64,000 nucleotides of DNA. It comes from Tubulanus polymorphus (lineage: Eukaryota > Animalia > Nemertea). The stretch covers positions 9,176,001 through 9,240,000 of the forward strand of contig NC_134025.1 of NCBI RefSeq assembly GCF_964204645.1, in the 5' to 3' direction. The notes below the pieces were generated by a model. That model had not been told where the DNA came from, did no database searches, and was given only the letters and a program-made list of their open reading frames with translations. Every line of letters begins with the position of its first letter. The stretch's first letter is position 1. Shown one piece after another: positions 39,201 through 52,622 of this stretch. The position numbers and the translations under genes are program-made.

Positions 39201-42200
39201 ATAAAAATATCACATCGAGAAAATAATAAGATTACGATGCTACAGCGAAGAATAATATCACTATTGCTCGTTAGTGCTTCAACAAATCGTTCCACTTTCC
39301 CGAATGTGCGAATGAAATCCGTTTCTCTAAACGATAAGATGTACTGTTAATGACACGAAAAGTCTTTCTTGATAATAGATCATTGATAGATAATGATTTT
39401 TGAAAATAATGAAAGCCCTCTTTTTTCTTCCTATGATGTAGATATATTCGAATACAGTGGAACCTCGTTATAATGAACCTGGACACAACGATTCATCGGA
39501 TCTAACAAATATAAAATTGTGTCCCAATGTAAGAGAATTCAATTGTTTTCATACTGGATATAACGAACTATTGGTTATAACGAACAGATTTTCTGGTCCC
39601 GTTAAGTTCGTTGTAACGAGGCCCAACTGTATACAGTTGGGTGTTCTATACCTGATTGGCGCTGTCACATGTGGCCGCTGTTTTTTCTGTTTTTCGTTCA
39701 TCTGTTCCCATTTGAAATGTAAACTCCAATCAAATCCTTCAAAAAATTCGTTAAAGGCATGTCGTGAGACACGAGCTGTCTTAGATGATACAATGTAAGC
39801 GAAAGCTAACTCACCCCCTCTCAAATCACTCGTAGCCGAAACGTACTGAAATGTGTCCATGCTTATAACGTCTATGACTGGACTTACAACCGAATAGGGA
39901 TCCTACAAAAAACAACGAAGATTTTCTGGAAATGTTTTCCCGAGATATTTTCCTCAACTCTCTATGAAACTTTTAAAGATTGACAAATTTCATTCCTTTT
40001 TATCTTCGTATCACCCCGTATCACTTTCTTCTCAATAGTAACGCGAAGTAACTTATCATGAAAGGCACGGTGGAAAGGGAATAATGGGATAGTGGCCCCC
40101 TCGATGATTTTCACAGTTTCAAAGAGGCGAGTTCCACCCAAATTACTAACAAGAAATAACTACATTTCTGTATAGAAGGTGTCATCTCATTATGGAGATC
40201 TTTAATTTCAATTCTAACATATCGCTTGTCCTATCGTTTTCAGACCCGTCGTCGTCGATTAGTTTGTATAGCAATCATTATAACGACCGAATCGTTAGCA
40301 TTGCAAGAGACACCACATTACGTAGTTTCGAGTAAAGCAAACAGAAAGACGAGAGAAAGACTCCTTTTTTCAGGACCAGACGTGAGTCACTGACACTTAT
40401 GATGCAGTCATCGATGTTTGACAGATGGGCGCATTTTGTATCAAGATGCAATAAACTCTCACGCCCTGCTCAAATAAACGTCGCCGCAAAAAAGGGACTA
40501 ACATCGTGACTTATTTCTGAATGGTTCCGATGGAAGAAGGCATCACTGTTTTCACTCTCAATTCTAGAGTCTCTTACCGTTAATGGTAAGACACCACCGC
40601 GAGTGACTGATGACTCACTTTTGACCATAAAACATAAGATTAATGAGTACTGGATGGGTTCGGAGATGGTTTTATTGTGTACATTTCGCTCCATTGATTG
40701 CTCAAATAGATGTTCTAACCCATGTTCGTATAGGACATGGCTGGGATTACTGATATATCAATCTTAAAAACGACAGCTGAAACTGTTAGATCACCTAGTC
40801 TTTCTAATATACATAGTCTACAAATGTGGTCGAACGATACTGTGGTTTAGAAATTGATGAACGCGATAGAACCTTTACTTGAATTTCGCTTACATCTTTG
40901 ACTTTCTGCAAAAGTGGTGGCAGCCAATTCGCATTCGCTTCGCAGTGACTATCTAGAAATGTTAATACAGTAGCACTGGCCTGTTCAGCACCTTTTACTC
41001 GTGACCTCATCAACCCTACAAAATTCACAACGATAATTGACATGAATTCGGTGCCCAGGGGCGGATCTAGGGTCTGATTCAGGGAATGGTGCCCCACCCT
41101 AAGTAGGGTAAATCAATTCAAAAGTCACCCGAGCATCGGAAAAGATACCCTCATTTTTGGAAGTCAGAGAACATGCTTATGAATTTAGACTTTCTATGTA
41201 TGAACTGAAATTATATAGTTAATATTTTTCATTTTCCCATAAAATGCGGGGCAACTTGAAATCTTAGTACCCCATGTACATTCCCTTTGGTTCCCCCCTA
41301 CAATAAATTCTGCGGGTGTGTGTAATGATGAAGAGGGCTCTACTGAGATATCATGCTCTATAACAACTCATATGTGTCTTGGAATTCTATTTATGATCAA
41401 ATGACATCGAATTGGCGACAAAAATGCTAATTGAAATGGAAAATATATGGAAATAGGGAAAGAGTCTCGTTTATAGGTTTTTGGATGAATTAAGAAATTA
41501 TTTGAAAATGACATGAATTATCAATGTAATGTGAATATGTAGTTTTACAATAAACAGCAGTACGAAAGGACTTTCAAATTTGAATAAATTTCAATTTGAA
41601 ATGAGATTATATATATACGTTTATTCTGTAAAGCACTAACGTTACCAGAAGAAATAATCAATCGAAAATATCTCGCAGAAAAATCACTTGCAAAAGATTT
41701 GATATATCCTCAGGAACGTTCTGCACGTATGAAATCGTTCAACATCATCATTCGGCACAAATACGATCAAATAACTACCTTCTCGTTGGATATTCCTAAT
41801 GACCTTGACCTTAGGCAGCACCACCAGACTCTGCCCATCTTCAGCTGAAAAACGAAAACCGAATGAGGAGGCGATAAATCTTTTGAAATTCGTTCAGTTT
41901 TCGCAGTCAACATCATCAACAATCTATGACAGGAACGCTTATAGAAAGGAGATGACAATTTATTCAGTTTGTCGTCGTGTTTTTCGCAGACGAGAGACTC
42001 AATGCACGCTGAATTTTAAATCGGAAATGGTTTTCGTAGAAGCTATTAGAGTTTACGTGATGGATACGATAATAACTTGCCAACTGATAACAAAAACACT
42101 CGGAGCGTGACGTTTCCTATGCTGATTGGCGACGTTTAATGAAACTCCTGCAATCATGTAACTAATCTAGTAATGGTCAATTAGAGGAAATAACTTCATC

Positions 42201-45200
42201 ATCAGCGTCTATGCTGACAGCTAATTGCGAAAAGGATATTACGTACAGGAGTGACAGTAGCAGAATGCATCTTTAACCCACCCTGCAGGGTTTTCTATCG
42301 TAGCCCGAACGAGCTTAAATGTATACTATGAAAAAAGAACTATGTAGAGGTTATACGGAATCATGTTCCACATTGCAGAGGAGCGATGAGTGATGCGAAG
42401 ATGAATCAAAACAAATACGTATTACGATTTCTAAAGAATGAAAGGAAATCAAAAGCTTCCAATTATCACATACACAGGCGAGAAAGATTACCGACAGGGT
42501 CGCGATACGACAAAATAATGAATTATTATTTTTTTCAATTTCTGAGAATTAATTTGTCTAAAAGCGCACATTTTTCGCATTTTGGGTCCATTTCTTATGA
42601 TAGCAACAAAAATAGCATTTCCGAAGATATGTTTAAAAAAATGTTATCATAATAGTCACTTTTATTCGATTCGAGATCTTGGAGATTGACTTTTTGCAAT
42701 AACCAAATCACCACCAAAGCCATGGCGCTCTATCAAATCAAATCCGTTGTAACCTCTGCGGACTTTCACGATTGAAATATGGGATTTCTCGATCGCGTGG
42801 AATGACATCGAAACACTCTTATAATTGGCAATAGATTTATGACCGTGGTCACTTTTCGACATGGCAATCTTTGTCGTCATTCCATATTGATGCACGTAGG
42901 CGTGTGAAAGTCAATCTACGGATAGAAATTTCATACAGCGGCCATTTTATAGAAGGTCGTCGATGCATTATACGACAGCATTTTCCCGCTGACATTAAAG
43001 AAGACGCAAATGACAAAACAGTCAAAGTGAAATACACATCAACGAATACTGTTGGGGTTCATGAGTCAAAGGCAGCATACGATAAAAATCAGTCCCAAAG
43101 GAATTAGGATAGCATGGCGTAAAATATGATTTTGTCATTACGAGCAAATTAGCTAAACACGCACGCAACCGACAGAAATTTGTTCGCTGTAATGACAGTG
43201 GGATGTTTTCGAGGAGAGTCGTTTTAACTTCCACCTCATCAATGACGTAAAACGCCTCGTTGTTTGATCGATGACGGTCGTATCACAGAGTTAAATCTGG
43301 TATACTAATTGCTGCGCTTCAACTCGAGGGATCCTTGAATTGACCATGCCAAATAAACCGGCGTCATCGGTTAATAAAATGACCTAAGTTGATTAGTGGA
43401 CGATGCAAGTGCAGTTTGCTGAAGAATCTTATAATCCTATAAAACGAGGGAAGGTAGATTGAAGGCGAAAGCAACTACGCCAATTCGAATGCATTCACGT
43501 TCAATGAAAAAGCGTATATTGGTGATACGGATTCGGTAGATCCGTATGAAAAACGTGAAATGTAATTTTAAAAAAGTTGTTCTTATGCATCTAATAGAAG
43601 AAAATCGGGGTTTATCAGTAAGGGAATATTTCTATGACTATAGGTAACAACGCTCATTTCTTCCCGCTCTTCTCGGTTGATTAAACCTCCCTAATATCCG
43701 CAGCGGCGACGGATAGCAGCCGACACTCCGTGACTGTGTTGTTATAATTCTACGCATTACAACGGGATAACCGCCCAGACCAGCAGACTGAAGACAGTGA
43801 CGACGAATTTATCTATTTCTGTCGTGACAATATATTATATATACCCGTAAAATAAGAAATAACCAATATTTTACTGATGGGGGTCAGTACGAGCTCTGGG
43901 GAGTTCTTATAAAGGAAATAAACATTTCACGAATGCAAGCGAATGCAAGCGATATATACACTATATTGCCGCTATAACTATTGAATCAGAAGTTGGCCAC
44001 ATACTCGAAATTAAGATATACTGAAAGGGTTAATGATTATCGGAAACTTCATTGTACGTATCGGCAGTAGATATAAAATTACTTAACAGGAGAAGCTATT
44101 ACAATAGAACGTTGAATGAATTATTCAAATACCAAATATTATAAAATCGTATATGGATATGAATACATTGTATACCGATGTAATAATGATGCCTGTCAGA
44201 ATCTCGATAAATTAATAAATTCTGAGATGAATGGCGTAGTGTCACTTCTCCATACAGTCGCAGGAATTGGTGGCGATAGTTGCGACCCCGAGTCGGTCAG
44301 TAAAGAGTAATTGCATCAAGGTACAGCGTCTGAATCTAGTAATCACCTATAATTTGATGCCACTTGCAGACAAGTCGGGATTCTGAGATCAATTTCAGTA
44401 TATCACCATACCCGTTAGCAAAATGGCCAGCAGATAAATGAATTGGCCGGTATAGGCAGGTTTATCGAAGATAGATTATAACCTTCGGAAAAGCATTTTT
44501 GCTGAATTACTATTGAGATAGACGCCTCTTTTTGGATCGTGGTGGTGGCTTTCATGCAGTAAATTACATGATATATAAACCATGCGTAGTTCGTTATCAA
44601 ATTATCTAGTATCACCATACAAGGACGTCTCAGTTGGACGGGAGACCACTAAAACGTTTAATATCGGATACTTTTTTGTTCATAAACAGATATGCCATTA
44701 ATATCTCAATCGCGATTTCAGTATACCTCATCACAGATCACACTTGGTCAATTATACAGAAGAATGAATGAATGAACGACTGGATATCATGAAAGTTCCC
44801 TGGAGAAAAAATTCTATGAACATTTTTTACTGTTTCCATGGTACTGTTAGTCTTTCCCATAGAAGGTATTCAACCGCAATTTCATTGAATTTATTAAGAC
44901 ACGTTGCGTAGGATGCTTTGTAGTATAGCTCCGCGTCGTGTATCAGGTGTGAACCCTTAATAAACAAACCAAATCCATATAAACGACCTCCTGAGACTTG
45001 AGAAAAAATCCAACAGTTGAAAGGATGTAGTTAGTTAATGAACATGCCGTCATAATGAACAGGCAGAAAACACTGTGAAGTGCAGACGTTATGTGACATT
45101 TCCGTTGCTGATGTCGCAAGAAAATGAGAATTCGTTCACAACCTTAATTGCTACATCGGCGAATGATGTGCAATTCTTTTTACTTTAAAACTATAATTGA

Positions 45201-48200
45201 TGCGATCGTATAAGACAATGTCTCAATCATGGATTGGAACCCGACGGGAAAGCGGATGTTTTTTTCGAGGCATGCTCATGCTGGGCTGCGTGTGACGGAT
45301 ACCGACGCAACTGAGAAGAAACCCGACCGTGGTCCAGTCCATAACCAACTCATTCGTCGGTTATCTAATCACATTTGCATGAGGACCTTCATTATTTTGA
45401 AGTACCGCACAATATACGCATAGTAGGACCAGTTTCGTCGCAGCGAAGCTGTCGAAGGAACATCGGTCAGTTCGCTCTTGGTGTGGTATACGATGGGCCG
45501 GAGTAGAACATGGGTGACGGTGAGATCAAAGAGTTGCACCGGCTTATTTAGGGTGGAAATGATGACAAATTCCCGATAACTCCAGTTGCGTCGGTCCATC
45601 GCGTCGTTAAGTCGTATCGCCTTGGTGGGTGCGCATGGACGTATAAACTATAAACTAGTTTATACGTCCATGGTGGGTGCGACCTGGGGCACGATGCGAA
45701 TGCCTACATATAGACTTGTTTTGGTATGCAAATATTTTCGTTTCACCAAATGAAACCTACGAAAACGTTTAGTTACGGAATACCACTCAATCATTTTTGG
45801 TCATATAAAAACCTTATAAAGATGGACAAAATTTGCATTACACGAATTCTACTCGTATATGCACCGTCTGCTATATTATAATTGATGTTTTAAGTCTTCG
45901 TTGTAAATCGCATATAAAGCATCATCTGAATTCCGGATCGATGGAAATTGCTTGTCGACAGTAAATGGAAAATCAAATTGATCTGTGTATTTGACGGCTG
46001 CGCGGTAAGTGAGAGAAGAAGGCCGACAGACGACACATCAGCGGTTGAAATAAAAAAGCCCATCAGAATCTGCGATGAGATGCCTGAACAAAGGATGAAA
46101 AATGAATCCATCACATCGATCTTCTAGTATCATCTATTTCCTAAAATCTGTTCGCAGTAAAATCCTGTTTAGAAGTCAGTCACAATTTTGAACTGCTCGT
46201 TTCTCATTCAGAATGCTATAATAAAGTTTTTTCTGCCATCAATTATTTCGGGCTACGATATTTACATACATGAATTAGTTAGAATTTGAAATCATCAGGC
46301 CCGCAGTTTTTACCATGGCTTTACAACAGCCTGAACCAAACTTCCAGGCATGCGATTTTTTATCATTTTCTCGTCCAATTATCGTCAGCGTGCCCGAAGG
46401 CGAACGCATTGCTCTGACAAATAATAAGAGTCTAACAATTCCAAGTCAGGTATTCAATTATCCGATGTACCATATCGATAGCAACAGATTCGTTACTCAA
46501 CTGACTATCGCAGCACCAGATTCACCCATATCGTACTTTATCAATCGTAGAAAACTTTAGAAATCTGTGATGGATGAAGTAAAGAATACAGGGAAAGGTC
46601 ATTTTGAGGTTTATATGTATTTCGAAGTGTCAATTTCAATAGCTGATATATTGGAGAACAATATTTGATATATACAGTGAACTATAGGCGACTCCAAGTT
46701 AAGTCCACCAAACACTTATGAGGGAAGTTATTCCATAAAATCAGATGAAATCAATATGATACATCGGACTTTCTTTAACCCCTAATTCTCACCGCAGACA
46801 TTTGTTTCCGCCATGCTGACGTATGTACTTACCATTGTTACTATTATCATCTACGAGAATGATCTCTCGTATAAGCTGTGGCGGTGATCTGTTCAGAACA
46901 CTGAAATTAACAAGTTATTCATATTGTTGGAATGTTATCAGAGTATTTAGAGAACCGTTCATCGTTCATGTTTATCGGGCATCTCGGTTGTTTATCTGCC
47001 TGTAATTCAAAACTGACAATTTTATTCAGCGTTCTGATGACTAATAGCGGTCTGAATTCGAGAGGTGTAAACGCCAAAAGCTGACACTAGCAAACTTCTG
47101 CTAATTCGTCTTCATAGACGTCACGATCTATTATAACACCATGGTGTTTCCTTCCTTACCTAATGACGGTCCTTAGCAAAGTGGATCTGGCTTCGTTGTG
47201 GAACGTTATAATGACAGAAGTTGGTGGAAGATCAAGGTCAAAGTGCTGTGTGCGACATCTGTAGTTTATTGAGACGTCATCAAAGAAGAAACAATTTCTT
47301 ATTAGCATATATATAATTTCGACTTTTTAGAAATAGAGATATCAAAGGTGTTTGCTGAAGAAAAGATTGAAATTGAAAATATCAAGAGCTGACCGTAAGA
47401 AAACAATATTTGCGCGTGCAGTTTTTTGCTAAGCGAATATTGACGATTTGTTTAGAGTCTCAGGATGTTTCTCGTCTGTGATGAACACACGCTGCGAGAT
47501 TTTGTTTATCTGGGCTTTATCTACTTTTTTGCACTTGACTGCTGCATTCCGTTTGCTCTGGTGGTCTATCTATATACGTTTAGTTTTGTTCGAGGCTGGG
47601 AAAAGTAAGTCATAAATAACATAGACAATCACGTAAAACGATACCGATTCATTGTATCAATGGTCGGTTCCTCATTTTCCCTTCTAACAGGCATTCACGT
47701 GCATAAACAAGGAATATTCTCAATATTCTGGTCTTCCATTTTTTGCCAACTATTCTATACGCATTTACATGTATCGATGCCGATCGAAGGACTGGCGGCC
47801 ATTTGTTGTTCGCCGAAATCAGCACCGACGTTAGCGTCGTAATGGTTTGCCATTCTTCATTGAAATTTATGATGGGTGTTCTCTTTTTTTATCATATTTT
47901 GTCAATCTTTTCTGTCGCCATCTCTTACCAGTCATAACTATTAGACTTACCTTTCATCTCGGGTATCTGGGATTTCTCGGTCGCTCGCTATTCTATCGCT
48001 GGCAACTACATTGAATGCGAATTTTTCATACGGATCTACCGAGTCCGTTTCACCGATATACGCTTTTTCATTGAACGTGAATGCATTCGAATTGGCGTAG
48101 TCCCTTGTATATCCCTGAATACAAATAAAAAGCAGATGAAACAAAATGTCAAAAAGTACATTGAGAATGCAAGTTTTTTTGCAAGATTGCTACGAATTCC

Positions 48201-50475
48201 CTTCTGCGACAATGGGGAAACTTGTGTATTTCGATGGCGCAGAGGACCGTCTAGGGATTAGTCAATAAAACGTTGCAGTAACTATAAAGCACGCACATCA
48301 ACCTTTTCTTACAGAAGAATGGAATCGTTAATGACATCTGGAACATCTCGTATTCATTCAATCAATTTTAAAAACTTGGCGCGAAACACTTTAAATTTCG
48401 TAATCAAATCGTCCATTCGACTCTCTCGTGCAACGACTTAGATGTTGCAATGCAAACTCAAGAATAACAGGATGTATCCAGTTTTGTTGATGGCGCATTT
48501 CAAATCGAAGACAAGAGTTAGTTAGATATCATCCGTTTTCTCAGCTCTAGCGACTTTTTATGACATCAAACGTTCATAAATTACATAGTTCATAAATCAT
48601 ACTGTTGAGTTGACGTTTTCACCGCTTCTGTTATTAATAACGTTATAAATCTCATTATTGAATCGCGTGTTGAGACATTTCAACATCATCATCATCATCA
48701 TGATCCCAATAAATTACCGAGATTATTATGTACGATAAATTCGCGAGCAAAGATCTCACATGAGAGTTATCGCGGGATCAACGTGAAAAATGTTTTTAGT
48801 TCTTGTCTTGTACGAGGGACCAGGGCCGGTTCCATAACCATGGCTTAGACTTCTGACAAGTCTAAGGCCAACCTAGTTCTATTAGCCAATCAAGACTAAT
48901 TAATCTTAAGATTCAAGACCACTTTTGGACATAAGTCTCAACTATGTAACTGGCCAGTTTTGGGAGACAGTTTAATTATGTAGCCAACCTAACAACCTTA
49001 GACCATTAAGACCATTTTTCAACCGAAGTCACGAGTGTGCAACCGGGCCCTGAAATATGTGGGTATATCAATGAGATTGAAATCTAGTATCAGCGTCGGT
49101 ATAGCCATGCATGAACTCTAAAACGACGTTAACATCTTTAAGAAGAATTGATTTTGCTGTGACACTTATTCATTAGTTGTCCCATTAAACATCCCTCTGT
49201 CATTCTTGATACTGTAGCTTCCGAGAGGTTGAGTTCAGATTTTTCTTTCGATGATCATATTGCGATGTCATTCTGAGATATTTCTGTTACGCGGTTGATT
49301 GCCCAGGAGAGTCAGTATTCCCATTTCTATCTGATCCATCTGCGGTCATTTTCATGCTAGTATTCATTGTCGCGCTATTGGGTGTCATTACCAAGGTAAA
49401 GCACATGCGTATACATTCCCATTTCATCCACATTCTGTCATTTATTTTTCGATTTTGTAAGTCACCCGCTTAGGTTGGTCGGGAAATACCGGCTCCGATT
49501 TCCCAATTTGGAAGTTGGCCATTGCGGTAACGGCCGGCGGAAGAATCGATGATACCTTTTAAGGACCCTTTAGTCTATATATGAAGTCTCAAAACTTGAA
49601 GTGTGTGCGATTATTTTTCTCTTCAACCGCAATTTTCAATCGAGGTCGATCATTGCCCCTTTAATCGGGATTTTTCATGTTCTTTCTCGTGGTGCTTATG
49701 TTGACGTTCTACACACGTGTGTGTATAAGTATTTGCCGCCGTAACTTTTCAACGAGTCAGACCTCAAGGAAACAGAAATTTCCACATTTCAACGGGTCAG
49801 ATCCCAAGGAAAATGAAATTTCATAAATGCGAAAATGCAGGATTCAGATTGCGTAATAGGTCCTTCATTCGGGGAATTATCAAAAGATTTCATTTGTGGA
49901 CTGGGATTTATTACACGAATAGAAAAGTCTTCACTGTTTCCGTTTTGGTAATTGCTCATTAATCTGTGCAAACAGCATTATCAGTAGCAAGAAACTGTAC
50001 AAACAGTCAATATCCAAACAGTAATGATCTAACGGTACAAAAACTACACAGCGCAACCCGCCTTCCAGTGTGCTCCTTTCCCAATGAAACCAAATCTTCT
50101 TAGAATTTTTCAAAACAAAAACATTAATATATATTCTGCGCCAATTTTTTTTAAAAGTTATATAAATGAACGCAAATTGCCTCAACAAATTAATTCCTTA
50201 ATAGTTAAAAGTGCCCTCTAGTCAGTTATATGGAAATGTACACTTTTCTTTTTTTCGAATTATTGTTGTTGCTATTTTCTAATTTGTTTTTGCAAAACCC
50301 GAACTAAAAGAAAAGACAAAAAGCTTACCTTTTTCGCGCCGATTGCGTAATGTGATTTTGTCAATAGGTTATAATATCGTTGTTTGGACGATGAAGAAAA
50401 ATATAAGAATTGAATAATTCCAATCAGCCATATCACAGCAAATGTCAGCAATATCCTAACCTTTTTAAATCTCAT
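36289..50475 (-). CDS. Polypeptide N-acetylgalactosaminyltransferase (GALNT2/14/16-like), 15 exons
   Basis: Type II TM exon 50475-50329, then exons 48114-47951, 47258-47160 ([17 protein letters not shown]), 46900-46833, 41844-41779, 41015-40894 (GLMRSR..FLDSHCE), 39902-39815, 39736-39652, 39196-39093 ([15 protein letters not shown]), 38067-37941, 37635-37543, 37259-37176, and ricin-lectin exons 37084-36958, 36696-36580, 36453-36289. Paralog not assignable by eye. Confidence 0.93.
39455..39629. mobile_element. Tc1/mariner-pogo (Tigger-like) MITE in a GALNT intron
   Basis: TA|CAGTGGAACCTCGTTATAATGAAC ... GTTCGTTGTAACGAGGCCCAACTG|TA. Confidence 0.75.
43474..43553 (+). repeat. Inverted 80-bp copy of GALNT exon 2 segment (48022-48101)
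   Basis: 77/80 identical to the reverse complement of 48022-48101. Confidence 0.95.
45634..45672. mobile_element. 39-bp palindromic mini-element with 9-bp TSD
   Basis: CATGGACGTATAAACTA..TAGTTTATACGTCCATG flanked by GTGGGTGCG on both sides. Confidence 0.75.
48821..49052. mobile_element. Harbinger-like MITE in GALNT intron 1
   Basis: CAGGGCCGGTTCCA ... TGCAACCGGGCCCTG terminal inverted repeats; internal TTAAGA-rich repeats. Confidence 0.6.
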
Positions 50476-50903
50476 CTTCAAAAATCCACTCGCAGTGGGA
50501 TGGATACGTATCAATGAATGGAGTGCATGGTGAACGATGTTTTTATTTACATTTTGACACACGTGCGTTTCAAGGGGTTTCTTGGTGGCCAACGCTGGAA
50601 CTGAATTGGTGCTATTTCTAGATAGATATTTCCATAGCAGCGGTACACTTCTATGATATTGCATATACTTCGATTATTTTAGTAAATAAGGCATATTTTT
50701 CACAAAATGCATCGAAATCACACGAAATAACCGAACCTCTTCTGATAAATAAATGGGGTTCGAACCCAATCTTGATGGCATAGCGCGTTTGACATTTTGT
50801 GACATTACGTGAATTAACCCTGAGTTCGCCCTCTACACGGACTCCCTCTACGAAACCGGTGACCGTCTCTACTGTCAGGGTAATTGTCGCTTCGACCATC
50901 AAA

Positions 50904-52622
50904 ATGCCGTATTTATTAGGTCTGGACCACAAAACAATTGCGATGACGAGTTTAGCCGTCAGCACTGGCATCGCTATGTACTCAACGTACAAATATCTGC
51001 GGCTTAGGCGACAGAATAGCCAGGAAAACGTTTACGAAAGTCAAAAATCGTTGAACGAATACTTGGTTTTTCATTACGGCACGCCGAAGGACCTGATGAA
51101 GTGGGACTTTGGACCTCAAGACTGTGATTTCCCGAAAAGGTGCGCTGATATTTGTATAGAGTATTTTAACCAACAAGTAAGCCATTTCCGTAAAATAATC
51201 AAAGTTTTGTGATCAATTAATACCATCATAATCATATTACACGCATTAGATTTCGTCCCCTCTTTCTTTTTCAGCCCGTTGCTCCTAACCGTGCGCTTGA
51301 TATAGGATGCGCCGTCGGAAGGTCGACGTTCGAGTTAACGCCACATTTTCAAGAAGTTGTTGGAATCGATTACAGCCATTCGTTCGTCGACATGTGCAAC
51401 CATTTGAAAGAATCTAGTCACATCGATTATTCAATTCAAACTGTCGGAGATTTATCGAAAAGTTTGACGGCTAAAGTTCCGGATAACCTAGTTAGTATCT
51501 CTTTTAGCGGGCCAGGTCTTTTCAAATTAATTTGTTTCAATTGATAAAAGTGTCTTCTAGTCTACACTTGTCACTGCATTTACTAACTAAGTGCAAATAA
51601 CTAATGAAAAAGTCCTTTTATCCCAAACTTAATTGGTTGATTATTTTTATTTCGATTCAAGCAACTCTTTATACGTTGCTGTGAAAGATGAGTAATTGTT
51701 CTATGTAGATTCTGTGTGCTTACATGGGTTATTCTAACCTCATTTGGCTAATGATAGATGTGAGGCATGGCATACCATGACCTAGTTCTAGTCGACACTG
51801 AAAATGAACTATAGTGTAATTTGGAATAATCTAGAGTATGTCTTAATTGTCGATTGTGGAAGTTTGCCATGTGAACTACATGTGTTATCAATGACTTGTT
51901 CCATAGACGTGTTGAATAAGTTTTATTCAATCAAATTACCAGCGTAGTAAAACTTCAATATACATATTGCTTCTATGTTTCATTCAGGAAAAGGAGAAGG
52001 CCATCTTCCTACAGGGTGATGCGTGTAACCTGCCGCTAGATTTGGGTTCTTTCGGTTGCGTTTTAGCAGCGAATCTCATTTGTCGTTTACACAGCCCGCG
52101 TTACTTCTTACAACGTCTCGCTAGTCTAGTCGCGCCCGGTGGAATACTAGTGATTACATCACCGTATACTTTCATGGCTCAGTATACTCCTAAGGTGGGT
52201 TCTCCTTTCATCATTTATTTCAGGGTCCACTATAATGATTTTAATGCTCTCCTTCAGAATTGGATGAAAAATGGCAAATCTTAAAGCCCCTCCCAATGGT
52301 TGTATTCATAACTCTTGGTATTCAGAATTCTTTAATGTAAATAATCCTCGTGCTGGCTTTCTAACTTTAAAGAAGTATAAAAATTCAGAAGAAATTTCTA
52401 TTCACTCCCCTTTCGAACTCTTCCTTTCAGCGTAACTGGTTAGGTGGATATGTGGATGACGGAGACGATGAGATCAACGGTTTCGAAGGATTAAAACTTC
52501 ATCTCGGTGCTGCCTTCGAGTTGATCGCGCAAAAAGACGTTCCATTTGTCATTCGAGAAACCGAACGTAAACACCAATGGACCGTGGCTCACGTTACTGT
52601 TTGGAAGCGCAACAAAAGCTAG
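50904..52622 (+). CDS. Class I SAM-dependent methyltransferase resembling the OvoA C-terminal (mercaptohistidine N-methyltransferase) domain; 4 exons (50904-51176, 51275-51490, 51988-52194, 52431-52622)
   Basis: YESQKSLNEYLVFHYG, FPKRCA, RALDIGCAVGRSTFEL, EVVGIDYS, FLQGDACNL, VLAANLICRL, GGILVITSPYT, WLGG, DVPFVIRETERKHQWTVAHVTVWKR; the motif order matches the OvoA C-terminal domain as I recall it. TAG at 52620-52622. Confidence 0.82.

Noticed and set aside
42232-42239. ATATCCTT on the minus strand inside GALNT
   Set aside because: Mid-intron; the GALNT model is complete with GT-AG introns.
42386-43234. Cluster of overlapping 60-90 aa ORFs in GALNT intron 4 (possible nested gene)
   Set aside because: No recognisable protein family or splice-joined frame; cannot be supported without a homology search.
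50272-50992. Long minus-strand ORFs upstream of the GALNT ATG
   Set aside because: The type II membrane topology fits the ATG at 50475; the rest overlaps the promoter and the antisense of the methyltransferase.
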